From Elusimicrobiota bacterium (GTDB taxonomy: Bacteria; Elusimicrobiota; UBA8919): a DNA stretch of 64,000 nt. The notes below the pieces were generated by a model that was not told where the DNA came from, did no database searches, and saw nothing but the letters and a program-made list of their open reading frames with translations. Shown here in pieces: positions 16,281 through 23,792 of the stretch; position 1 is the stretch's first letter; each line of letters begins with the position of its first letter. The position numbers and the translations under genes were made by a program. The DNA lies in the NCBI GenBank assembly GCA_041658185.1, contig JBBAAR010000001.1, forward strand, positions 44,405 to 108,404, in the 5' to 3' direction.

Positions 16281-16590
16281 ATTCAAGCATATAATCTTCA
16301 AACGGAATTTTTTTCTTTCTTAAATCCTCTTTCCATTTTTCAAGCGCAATAGGCATTTGTTCTTTTGACATTTTTACCCATTTTGAGTTAGGCGGAGAAA
16401 ATTGCTCAACCGACGTCTGATACCACACATATGCCATTTTCCAGTCATTTTTCCGGGCGGCTTTGTCCGCTTCCATATATGAGTGTTTGGCACGAAACCA
16501 TACATCAAGATAAATCATAATGTACATCGCTATAACGGTTAAAATTACGGCACCGGCAGAACGGACCCATTTTTTATTAAACATAATCAT
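16279..16590 (-). CDS. small membrane protein, function unknown
   Basis: One N-terminal TM helix (GAVILTVIAMYIMIYLDVWF). Strong SD (GGGGAGG) upstream. Flanked on both sides by family-R elements. Confidence 0.5.
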   Translation of the reverse strand: MIMFNKKWVRSAGAVILTVIAMYIMIYLDVWFRAKHSYMEADKAARKNDWKMAYVWYQTSVEQFSPPNSKWVKMSKEQMPIALEKWKEDLRKKKIPFEDYMLE

Positions 16591-16600
16591 TTACCTCCCC

Positions 16601-16710
16601 AGCGAAGGAGAAATTTTTGTAGAACCTCAATTTGCGACTTATTCGTTCCAGGAGCAAATTGCAGAGCGAGTTCTGACGAGCGTTTCAAAAAAATTTGCTC
16701 CGAGCGATTT
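16601..16710 (-). repeat. family-R intercistronic structured element, copy R2
   Basis: Fills the whole gap between the response-regulator stop and the next SD. Hairpin TTTTGA-aacgctcg-TCAGAA. Closing helix ggagcaaattttt/aaaaatttctcc. Confidence 0.7.
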
Positions 16711-17112
16711 TTAAACATCGTATCCCCCTAAAATTTTTTTTATATCTACCGCAAAAACAGCGGGGTCGAGCGGTTTGGAATAAAAACCCTTCACATTCGG
16801 TTGTGACTTTACAAAATCATAAGTCGTGCCGTCGGCAAATTTACCGGTAATAACAAATACCGGAATATTTTTTGTGTTTTCATTTTGCTGAAGCGATTTT
16901 AACACCTGAAACCCGCCCTGTTTAGGAAGCATAAGATCAAGTACAATGATGTCCGGTTGCGCTTCAGGAATTTTTTTAAGCGCTTCTTCGCCGTCTAATG
17001 CGGTAAAAACCTCAAGATTTTCTTTTTCAAGAATATGTTTAAAAAGTTCAACTATATTGGGGTCATCGTCAACAATAAATGCTTTTTTGTTCATAATTTG
17101 CAATTTTATCAA
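16711..17112 (-). CDS. stand-alone response-regulator receiver (CheY-like)
   Basis: AFIVDDDPNIVELF...PDIIVLDLMLPKQGGFQVLKSL...PVFVITGK, with the acidic pocket and phospho-acceptor Asp context. Confidence 0.85.
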   Translation of the reverse strand: MIKLQIMNKKAFIVDDDPNIVELFKHILEKENLEVFTALDGEEALKKIPEAQPDIIVLDLMLPKQGGFQVLKSLQQNENTKNIPVFVITGKFADGTTYDFVKSQPNVKGFYSKPLDPAVFAVDIKKILGGYDV

Positions 17113-17117
17113 TTTTT

Positions 17118-18188
17118 TTACTGTTTGTCAATCCCGCTTATGAAAATTTTAACGGACGGACTTTTCCCCGTATTTTCCCAGATGTCGGTTGCACAAACCC
17201 GAATAAAAAGTGCGGATGCGTCGCGCTTTTTGTTCTCATATCCGATATCTGCCGATAATTTTTTAGGATTTAGCGAAAATACATACGGAGCAGTGTAAAA
17301 AATTAAACCGTGTTTTTTCCAAATTTTTTTGTCTTGGGAAATTTCAAGCCAGACCTTCTGGATTTCGTTGGCAAGCACGGAAGCATAAATTACTTTTTTT
17401 TCGGCGAGCGTTTCGCCCTCTGTTATACCCATTAAACCGATTGTTATATTTTGTGATAATTCCGGGACAAATTTTATTGCGATAGCCGGTTCAAAAACAG
17501 TTATCGGCGATTTAAGTGTTGTCGTGCTGTAATGCTGCGGCGGGGCGCCTTTTATTTCGTCATTGATAAAACTGTTGGTATCCTTATTGCCCCAGGCAGC
17601 AGCGATTATCGGACTATTTGAAGAATCGGTTAAATATGCGGATGTTGACCAAAGAGCAATATAATTTTCGCCGCCGAAATTTATTTCGTCTGACCGGACT
17701 TCAGTCCAAAACCATCGGGATTCGCCGGCCTGCTCAATGGCAAGTTCATTATCGCCTTCAAAAGGAATATCATCGGTAGCTGTCAGAAATCCCCAATTTG
17801 ATTTTTTCCACGACGGTGTTGATGACACCGCCATAAAAATATCACCCGGAATTGCTTCTTTGTCAAGCGCGGGTTTTCCGTTATTATAAACTTGCTTTGA
17901 TTTCATCCGCCCGAGTTTGGCTCCGATAAAAATTTTTTTGTAATCTGAAAAATTCCCCGGTATGAATATTTTTTCTATCCAGACCCTGTTGTAACCGACA
18001 TACCAAAAACCGTCCCATCCTCCGCCGTTGGCAAAAAGCCGGTAATCATTCGGGTTTCCCGCAGCAGAAAGATAAAGAGGATATGAAATTGTCGTCTGAC
18101 CGTAAAAAAAAGTGAGAACGTGAAAAAGTAAGAAAGTGAGAAGGAAAAACCTAATGGTTTTTAAGCCACACTTTAACTGTCGCAGCAT
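17118..18188 (-). CDS. secreted protein, function unknown
   Basis: Long ORF with an N-terminal hydrophobic segment; I recognise no domain. It overlaps the upstream gene's end by 38 nt. Confidence 0.5.
   Translation of the reverse strand: MLRQLKCGLKTIRFFLLTFLLFHVLTFFYGQTTISYPLYLSAAGNPNDYRLFANGGGWDGFWYVGYNRVWIEKIFIPGNFSDYKKIFIGAKLGRMKSKQVYNNGKPALDKEAIPGDIFMAVSSTPSWKKSNWGFLTATDDIPFEGDNELAIEQAGESRWFWTEVRSDEINFGGENYIALWSTSAYLTDSSNSPIIAAAWGNKDTNSFINDEIKGAPPQHYSTTTLKSPITVFEPAIAIKFVPELSQNITIGLMGITEGETLAEKKVIYASVLANEIQKVWLEISQDKKIWKKHGLIFYTAPYVFSLNPKKLSADIGYENKKRDASALFIRVCATDIWENTGKSPSVKIFISGIDKQ
18112..18143 (-). repeat. 4 tandem 8-nt units (GTGAGAAC GTGAAAAA GTAAGAAA GTGAGAAG on +) encoding a signal-peptide core
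   Basis: Read directly. Encodes LLTFLLFHVLTF of ORF 17118..18188. Confidence 0.8.
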
Positions 18189-20292
18189 TTGAACCTCCCG
18201 GGTTTAATTGAATGTATTTCTGAAAATATTCTTTTGCTTCTTTGTTATTTTGCGATTGCGCATAAATCACGCCTATGTTGTAATAAATATCGGCGGACGA
18301 CGGTGTGTACTCAATCGCCTTTTTATATTCTGTAATTGCATCGTCAATTTTACCGTTCACAAAATTTTTATAACCTTTTCTCTGATAAATTTTTGACAGT
18401 TGTATCAGTGAATCCGAATCAGTTTTATCGTATTGGTACGCTTTCTTAAAATACTCAATTGCATTGTTGTCATCTTTTTTTTCCAGATACAAAAGCCCCA
18501 TATTATAATATGCCGGCGAATATGTTGAATCAAGTGAAATCGCATTAGATAAAGAATGTAAAGCGTCATTAAAATCTTTTTGCTGTCTTAAAATATCGCC
18601 GACATTATTGTGAAGCCAGATAAGTTCGGGACCAACTTTAAGCGATTTTTTTAATGCAAAAACTCCGTCTTTTTTATCGCCCGAATCAATTAAAAATTTT
18701 CCATAAAAATAAGAATATCTGGCAATAACTTCCTGTTCCCTGTATCCGTATTTTCTCGGCAACTCGCGAATTACATAAAAATCCCGGATGTTTTTGTTTG
18801 ACTTTTTTTCCGCCAGAGGCGAATCCGTCCATAACAAGCCGTTCAAATAAAGCGATTTATTTATTTTCGCCGTATTGACGGCAGAATAATATATTTTTGA
18901 GTTTCTGTCATGGGCTTTCAGCCCCCTTTTTGATAAAAATATATTGTTATATGAGTCAATTATTTCAACATCCGGCCTTTTTTTAAGAACATTTGTCAGA
19001 TAAGAAAGCGTAAAAATGGTTTCATCAACTTCCTCGTGAAGATATAGAACGCTGTTTCTCTCGACGGTTTTTAATATATTAACCGGATAATCGTAGGCAA
19101 TGAAATTATATCTATTTGGCGCAACTGTATAATAAAAACCGCTGAAATTAAATTTACTCCAAATAATTTGAAACGCCAATAATATTAAAACACCGTGTAA
19201 AAAAAATCTTACATTTCGCCATTCGCAAATTTTGTAGCCAGCCCAGAGCGCCGCCATAATCCATGCGGGAATATAATACGGAGTAAAAGCGTCAATATCC
19301 TGCGGCGTGAATTTGAAATTGAGTAAAATTATCAACCCGAGCGTGTTCGCCAGAAAAATAAAAACAGTAAGCAGGGCAAATTTAATATCTTTTTTAATCA
19401 AACTTATAAGTCCGAATACGGAGAGAACGGCAAATAGTCCGAAGTTTTGTACTAACTGACTAAAAAAATTTCTTATAAAAATAAGTTTAGTTGTAAATCC
19501 GACTTTTGCCGCCAACTCCAGTCCTTTGTATTGAAACCTTCCGATATGAGCAATAAAATTTTTGAGATTTTCGGGATTGCCCCAGTCAATCGGCGGATTT
19601 GCCGACGAACGAACAGGAAGATAAAGATATAAAAAAAGTCCGGGCAGAAAAAATATGAGTAAAGACAGTATCGTTTTCAAATTAAAAACTTTCGGATTTT
19701 TCCATATCAAATAAAACGCAAAAACCGGGCCGAAAAGAAACATAATGTAATGATTGGCAAGTGAAAGCCCGTAGATAAAAACCACAAGCCGTAAGTCGGA
19801 TTCAGTAAGTAATAAATAAATTATCAAAACGACAAAAAATGCGTTGAGCGTGTAGACCTCGGAAATTATTGACTGCGACCATAATGTTGATGAAAGGCAA
19901 AGTACTATCGCCGACGCCGATAAAGCGTGGGCGGCGGATAATTTTTTTTCATTATTTTCCTCTACTATAACTATTTTTTTAATTATAAAATAAAAAATAG
20001 CACAAGTACAGGCACCAAAAAACGCACTCATCAAATTGATACGGTAAGCGATATTTCCGAACGGAATTATTATGGTAAAAATTTTGCCGAGAATTGTCCA
20101 AAGCGGATATCCGGGCGGATGGGCAATCCCCAATGTATAGGCAGCAGTAATAAGTTCTCCGCTGTCACCGACCGAAATGGCAGGATGAAGGGTGAAAAGA
20201 TAAAAAAGAAAAAACGGAAAGACAAAGATAAAACCCGGCACGGACATACGACATATTTCGGAGTAAAAACGATTTGCATTTAATTTTATCAT
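18151..20292 (-). CDS. DUF2723 (PMT_2-like) membrane glycosyltransferase with C-terminal TPR repeats
   Basis: N-terminal GDSGELITAAYTLGIAHPPGYPLWTILGK, followed by many TM helices. The C-terminal ~200 aa are TPR-like (AISLDSTYSPAYYNMGLLYLEKKD..., YYNIGVIYAQSQNNKEAKEYFQKYIQLNP). Confidence 0.8.
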   Translation of the reverse strand: MIKLNANRFYSEICRMSVPGFIFVFPFFLFYLFTLHPAISVGDSGELITAAYTLGIAHPPGYPLWTILGKIFTIIIPFGNIAYRINLMSAFFGACTCAIFYFIIKKIVIVEENNEKKLSAAHALSASAIVLCLSSTLWSQSIISEVYTLNAFFVVLIIYLLLTESDLRLVVFIYGLSLANHYIMFLFGPVFAFYLIWKNPKVFNLKTILSLLIFFLPGLFLYLYLPVRSSANPPIDWGNPENLKNFIAHIGRFQYKGLELAAKVGFTTKLIFIRNFFSQLVQNFGLFAVLSVFGLISLIKKDIKFALLTVFIFLANTLGLIILLNFKFTPQDIDAFTPYYIPAWIMAALWAGYKICEWRNVRFFLHGVLILLAFQIIWSKFNFSGFYYTVAPNRYNFIAYDYPVNILKTVERNSVLYLHEEVDETIFTLSYLTNVLKKRPDVEIIDSYNNIFLSKRGLKAHDRNSKIYYSAVNTAKINKSLYLNGLLWTDSPLAEKKSNKNIRDFYVIRELPRKYGYREQEVIARYSYFYGKFLIDSGDKKDGVFALKKSLKVGPELIWLHNNVGDILRQQKDFNDALHSLSNAISLDSTYSPAYYNMGLLYLEKKDDNNAIEYFKKAYQYDKTDSDSLIQLSKIYQRKGYKNFVNGKIDDAITEYKKAIEYTPSSADIYYNIGVIYAQSQNNKEAKEYFQKYIQLNPGGSNAATVKVWLKNH
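20192..20233 (-). repeat. 6 degenerate tandem 7-nt units (GTGAAAA GATAAAA AAGAAAA AACGGAA AGACAAA GATAAAA on +) encoding the first TM segment
   Basis: Read directly. Encodes FIFVFPFFLFYLFT of ORF 18151..20292. Confidence 0.65.
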
Positions 20293-20397
20293 TTATGTTT
20301 TTCGAAATCTATGACGGTAAAATTCAACAATCTCTACGATCTTATAATATAATATTTCCCCTTAATTTGTCAAGTGCTTTTCTGTTTTATTTTTTAC

Positions 20398-20426
20398 TTG
20401 ACAATTTTTTGTAATTGCATTATAAT
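20398..20426 (+). promoter_or_regulatory. sigma70-type promoter TTGACA-N17-TATAAT
   Basis: TTGACA at 20398..20403 and TATAAT at 20421..20426, 33 nt before the ATG at 20460. Confidence 0.7.
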
Positions 20427-20459
20427 GAACATAAAAATGTAACTACAGGTTAAACCGGT

Positions 20460-21116
20460 ATGGCTGAAATTATAAATATAACGAATATCAGAGACAGGTT
20501 GCCGAAGACAATAGACGATATACAGCGGGATGGTGTAGGCAAAATAATAATTACAAAGGACTACAATACTGAAGCGGTCTTGATGGATATCTCGGAATAT
20601 GAAAGCAAATATTTATCCAAAAACCGGCGGATGCCGGCGTTAATGGTTCTGGGAGCAAAAAAATGCCCCGACACAGACGTTTCCAAAACAATAAACGTCC
20701 TAAACTTTGTATGCAAAAAATATTATTCAAAAATAATATTTGTTTACGGTAATGATACAAAAAAATATCGTTCTAACTTCAAAACAGACGATTTAAGAAT
20801 CGTTTATAACAAAAGAAGCAATTTACCTATTATTACTTCATTGAAATGCGGTATTACAGCGCTTTCGCTATCTGACAAATATTTCGTCGTAGTATTTCTT
20901 TCTCAGCCACAGGGTAAAAAGACACTGATTACAATGAGTAATGTCGCGATAAAAAGCGGCAATAAAATAATTATCTCTCGCAGAAATGGGAAACCAATCC
21001 ATCCAATAGCGTTTTCGGCGGATTGTAAAGATATACTGTTAAAAACAAGAAAAGAACTCGGAATACCGTATATAATAAAAAAATTCAAAAACGAAATAAA
21101 ATATATAGATATTTAG
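20460..21116 (+). CDS. fusion protein: Phd/YefM-like N-terminal domain + degenerate MobA/MocA-like (NTP_transf_3) domain
   Basis: N-terminus MAEIINITNIRDRLPKTIDDIQRDGVGKIIITKDYNTEAVLMDISEYESK is antitoxin-like. The C-terminal part keeps the MocA-like layout (ITSLKCGITAL, VVVFLSQPQ, IIISRRNGKPIHPIAF, LGIPYIIKKF). It lacks the LAAGxGxR nucleotide loop that is present in the bona fide MocA at 40892..41530. Confidence 0.55.
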   Translation: MAEIINITNIRDRLPKTIDDIQRDGVGKIIITKDYNTEAVLMDISEYESKYLSKNRRMPALMVLGAKKCPDTDVSKTINVLNFVCKKYYSKIIFVYGNDTKKYRSNFKTDDLRIVYNKRSNLPIITSLKCGITALSLSDKYFVVVFLSQPQGKKTLITMSNVAIKSGNKIIISRRNGKPIHPIAFSADCKDILLKTRKELGIPYIIKKFKNEIKYIDI

Positions 21117-21128
21117 GCGGAGGAAGAA

Positions 21129-22076
21129 ATGAAAAAGTGGTTTTTGGTTTTTGTGAGTTTTAGTTTGTGGATGGCGGCGCTTTTCTCTGAGGATACTTTT
21201 CCGACGATAAAGCCAACGGGATTTGCCAAGGTAAGATACACCGTTGATACAACCGCCGGGGCAAAAGACAGTTTTTCAATTGCTCAGGCAAGGTTTGGTC
21301 TTAAGGGTGACATCGCAAAAGAGATTTCTTACAAATTTACTATGGAAACAACAAACAAGGATACGGAAAACAACAAATCACTCTATGACGCTTATATGGA
21401 TATAAAATCAATTCCATATTTTGCAGTTCGTCTTGGACAATTTAAATATAAATTTTCACTTGAAAATACAACAGCCGACGAGGATTTAGAGTTAATAAAC
21501 AAATCTGATGTGGTGAACAATTTTATTAGTCCAACGAGAGATATTGGTATTGAAATATTAAAATCACTTTCTGTAAAGTCACTGAAATCGGACTTATCCG
21601 TCGGTGTCGTCAACGGTAGCGGTTCAAATTGTTCGGACGATAATGATAACAAGGCAATTATCGGAAGAATTTCCCTTTCACCCCTCAAAGATTTAAGTTT
21701 CGGCGGGTCAATGTATAGCGGTGCAACAGGTGTAAATACCACCGCAAAAGACAGATTGGGTTTTGAAATAAAATATGGGTATAAAAATATTTTATGCAAG
21801 GCAGAGTATCTGCACGGTAAAGACGGCTCAATTAAAAAAGAAGGCTATTATTTGACTGGCGGTTATGAAATTTTACCGAAGACGATTTTTCTTGCGAGAT
21901 ATGATATGTGGGATTCATCTCTTAAAGTTGCAGGGAACAACAATAACAGATGGACTTTTGGATTGAATTATTTTCTTGATAAAAACGTTTTAATACGGAA
22001 TAATTATGAAAGAAAAACGGAAGCGACGGCGGTAAAAAACGATTTGATTATGACTGAACTTCAAATTAGATTTTAA
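21129..22076 (+). CDS. outer-membrane porin, OprO/OprP (Porin_O_P) family
   Basis: Signal peptide. FSIAQARFGLKGDI...LYDAYMDIKSIPYFAVRLGQFKYKFSLENT matches the phosphate-selective porin pattern. C-terminal ...ELQIRF. Confidence 0.7.
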   Translation: MKKWFLVFVSFSLWMAALFSEDTFPTIKPTGFAKVRYTVDTTAGAKDSFSIAQARFGLKGDIAKEISYKFTMETTNKDTENNKSLYDAYMDIKSIPYFAVRLGQFKYKFSLENTTADEDLELINKSDVVNNFISPTRDIGIEILKSLSVKSLKSDLSVGVVNGSGSNCSDDNDNKAIIGRISLSPLKDLSFGGSMYSGATGVNTTAKDRLGFEIKYGYKNILCKAEYLHGKDGSIKKEGYYLTGGYEILPKTIFLARYDMWDSSLKVAGNNNNRWTFGLNYFLDKNVLIRNNYERKTEATAVKNDLIMTELQIRF

Positions 22077-22088
22077 GGATGTTATCAG

Positions 22089-22931
22089 ATGAAAAAAGTA
22101 TTTGCTGCTATAGGTATTTTGTTAGTTTTGGCTAATTTTGTCTATGCGGCGGAAGAATTGTTTTTCTTCTGCGGGGCGGCTGTTGCAGTACCTATGCGCG
22201 AAATCATTAAGAATTATGAGAGAGAAACAGGAGTAAAAGTTAACGTTATTTATGGAGGATCCGGAACGCTTCTTTCACAGATGGAGTTGACAAAAAGAGG
22301 TGATGTTTATCTTTGCGGCTCGCCAGAGTATATTGCTATAGGAATTAAACGCGGGCTTCTAATAGAAGGAACCGACAAAATCGTTTCATATCTTGTTCCG
22401 GCCATAATTGTTCCGAAGGAAAATCCAAAAAATATTCAAAAACTTGAGGATTTAGCAAAAAAAGATGTAAGAGTAGGAATAGGAAATCCGGAAACGGTAT
22501 GTTTAGGACTGTACGGAATAGGACTTCTTGATTACAACAATCTTCTTGAAAAAGTTTTGCCGAATGTCGTTGTGTTTGCCAAAAGCTGCGAGGATACCGC
22601 AACAATCTGTGTCTTAAAAAAGGTTGACGCTATAATCGGCTGGGATGTTTTTGAAAGTTGGAATCCGAGAGATGTTACGTGGATAAAAATTGATGCAAAA
22701 AAAATACCGCAACTCTCTTATATCCCGATAACGATACCCGTTTTTGTAAAAGACAGGAAACTTGCAGAAGAATTCATAAATTATGTCATAACATCCAAAA
22801 ACAGTAAAGAAATTTGGAAAAAGTATAATTATATTTCTGATATAAAAAAAGCAAGAAAATATGCACCTTATTCAAAAATCGGCAGTGACTATAAACTGCC
22901 GGAAAAATACTTTAAGTTTATAAAAAAATAG
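22089..22931 (+). CDS. modA: molybdate/tungstate ABC transporter substrate-binding protein
   Basis: Signal peptide. GAAVAVPMREIIKNYERETGVKVNVIYGGSGTLLSQMELTKRGDVYLCGSPEYI is ModA/WtpA-like. Confidence 0.75.
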   Translation: MKKVFAAIGILLVLANFVYAAEELFFFCGAAVAVPMREIIKNYERETGVKVNVIYGGSGTLLSQMELTKRGDVYLCGSPEYIAIGIKRGLLIEGTDKIVSYLVPAIIVPKENPKNIQKLEDLAKKDVRVGIGNPETVCLGLYGIGLLDYNNLLEKVLPNVVVFAKSCEDTATICVLKKVDAIIGWDVFESWNPRDVTWIKIDAKKIPQLSYIPITIPVFVKDRKLAEEFINYVITSKNSKEIWKKYNYISDIKKARKYAPYSKIGSDYKLPEKYFKFIKK

Positions 22932-23003
22932 GACACGGAAAAGACAGATAAAGATTTATCTGTGTAATCGCCTTTGAAAATCTGTGTAATCTGTGTTAAA
23001 AAA
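22932..23003 (+). repeat. family-E intercistronic element, copy E1
   Basis: gACACGGAaaaGACAGATAAagatTTATCTGTGtaatcgcctttgaaAATCTGTGTAATCTGTGTTaaaaaaATG. Hairpin ACAGATAA/TTATCTGT at 22944..22963. There is no SD before the ATG at 23004. Confidence 0.65.
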
Positions 23004-23792
23004 ATGAAGAATAAAATCTTTAAGATTGTTCTCTGGTCTTTCCTGGTATCGCTTGTTTTATTTTTTTTAATTTTCATTTCCGGGCTTTTCCAGCAGTTAA
23101 AAATTACATCTTTCCAAAAACAATTTGCGACGGGTGAAATACTTTTCGCGATAAAACTTACACTTCTAACAGCAACCGTTTCATCAACTATTGCCTTAAT
23201 ATTTGCGGTTCCTATTGCCTATATTTTGTCAAGATATAATTTCCCGTTGAAGAATCTTGTTAATTCAATCATGTATCTTCCGATTGTTATTTCACCGATT
23301 GCTCTCGGCGCGATGCTTCTTATTTTCTTTACTACACCTATCGGAAATTTTTTTGAAACACATCTTTTCAGAGTTGTATTTGAAGTCCCTGCGATAATTC
23401 TTGCACAGTTTATTGTAATTATAGGACTGGCGGTTTCACTTATAAAATCCGTTTTTGATTATATAAATCCCGAATATGAACTTATTGCAAGAACACTGGG
23501 TGCTTCACAATATCAGACATTTTTCCGTATTCTATTACCAACCGCTAAAAAAGGAATAATATCTGCATTTCTTCTCGTCTGGGCCCGAGCGGTCGGAGAG
23601 TTCGGCGCAACGGTTACGCTCGCGGGTGCTACTACAATGAAAACGGAGACATTGCCGGTTGCAATTTTTCTTTCCTTCGCATCATGCGATATCTACAATG
23701 CAATAATTTTAATACTCGTTTCGCTTTTTATAGGAATAGCAGTTTTATACGGGATACAACTTTATGCTGAAAATAGAAAACCTCAACTGTAA
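23004..23792 (+). CDS. modB: molybdate/tungstate ABC transporter permease
   Basis: ABC permease loop LIARTLGASQYQTFFRILLPTAKKGIISAFLLVWARAVGEFGATVTLAG. I moved the start from 22974 to the ATG at 23004 (MKNKIF...) because 22974..23003 lies in the E1 repeat. Confidence 0.8.
   Translation: MKNKIFKIVLWSFLVSLVLFFLIFISGLFQQLKITSFQKQFATGEILFAIKLTLLTATVSSTIALIFAVPIAYILSRYNFPLKNLVNSIMYLPIVISPIALGAMLLIFFTTPIGNFFETHLFRVVFEVPAIILAQFIVIIGLAVSLIKSVFDYINPEYELIARTLGASQYQTFFRILLPTAKKGIISAFLLVWARAVGEFGATVTLAGATTMKTETLPVAIFLSFASCDIYNAIILILVSLFIGIAVLYGIQLYAENRKPQL

Noticed and set aside
22974-23003. Longer N-terminal extensions given by the ORF track: 22974 (modB), 42482 (FAD subunit 2), 49991 (HEAT protein), 51373 (amidohydrolase), GTG 54325 (tolB) and GTG 37655 (antitoxin).
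   Set aside because: Each extension either translates a repeat element or overlaps the upstream gene. In every case an internal ATG gives a normal N-terminus (a signal peptide, or a start consistent with the family) or a 4-nt stop/start overlap.
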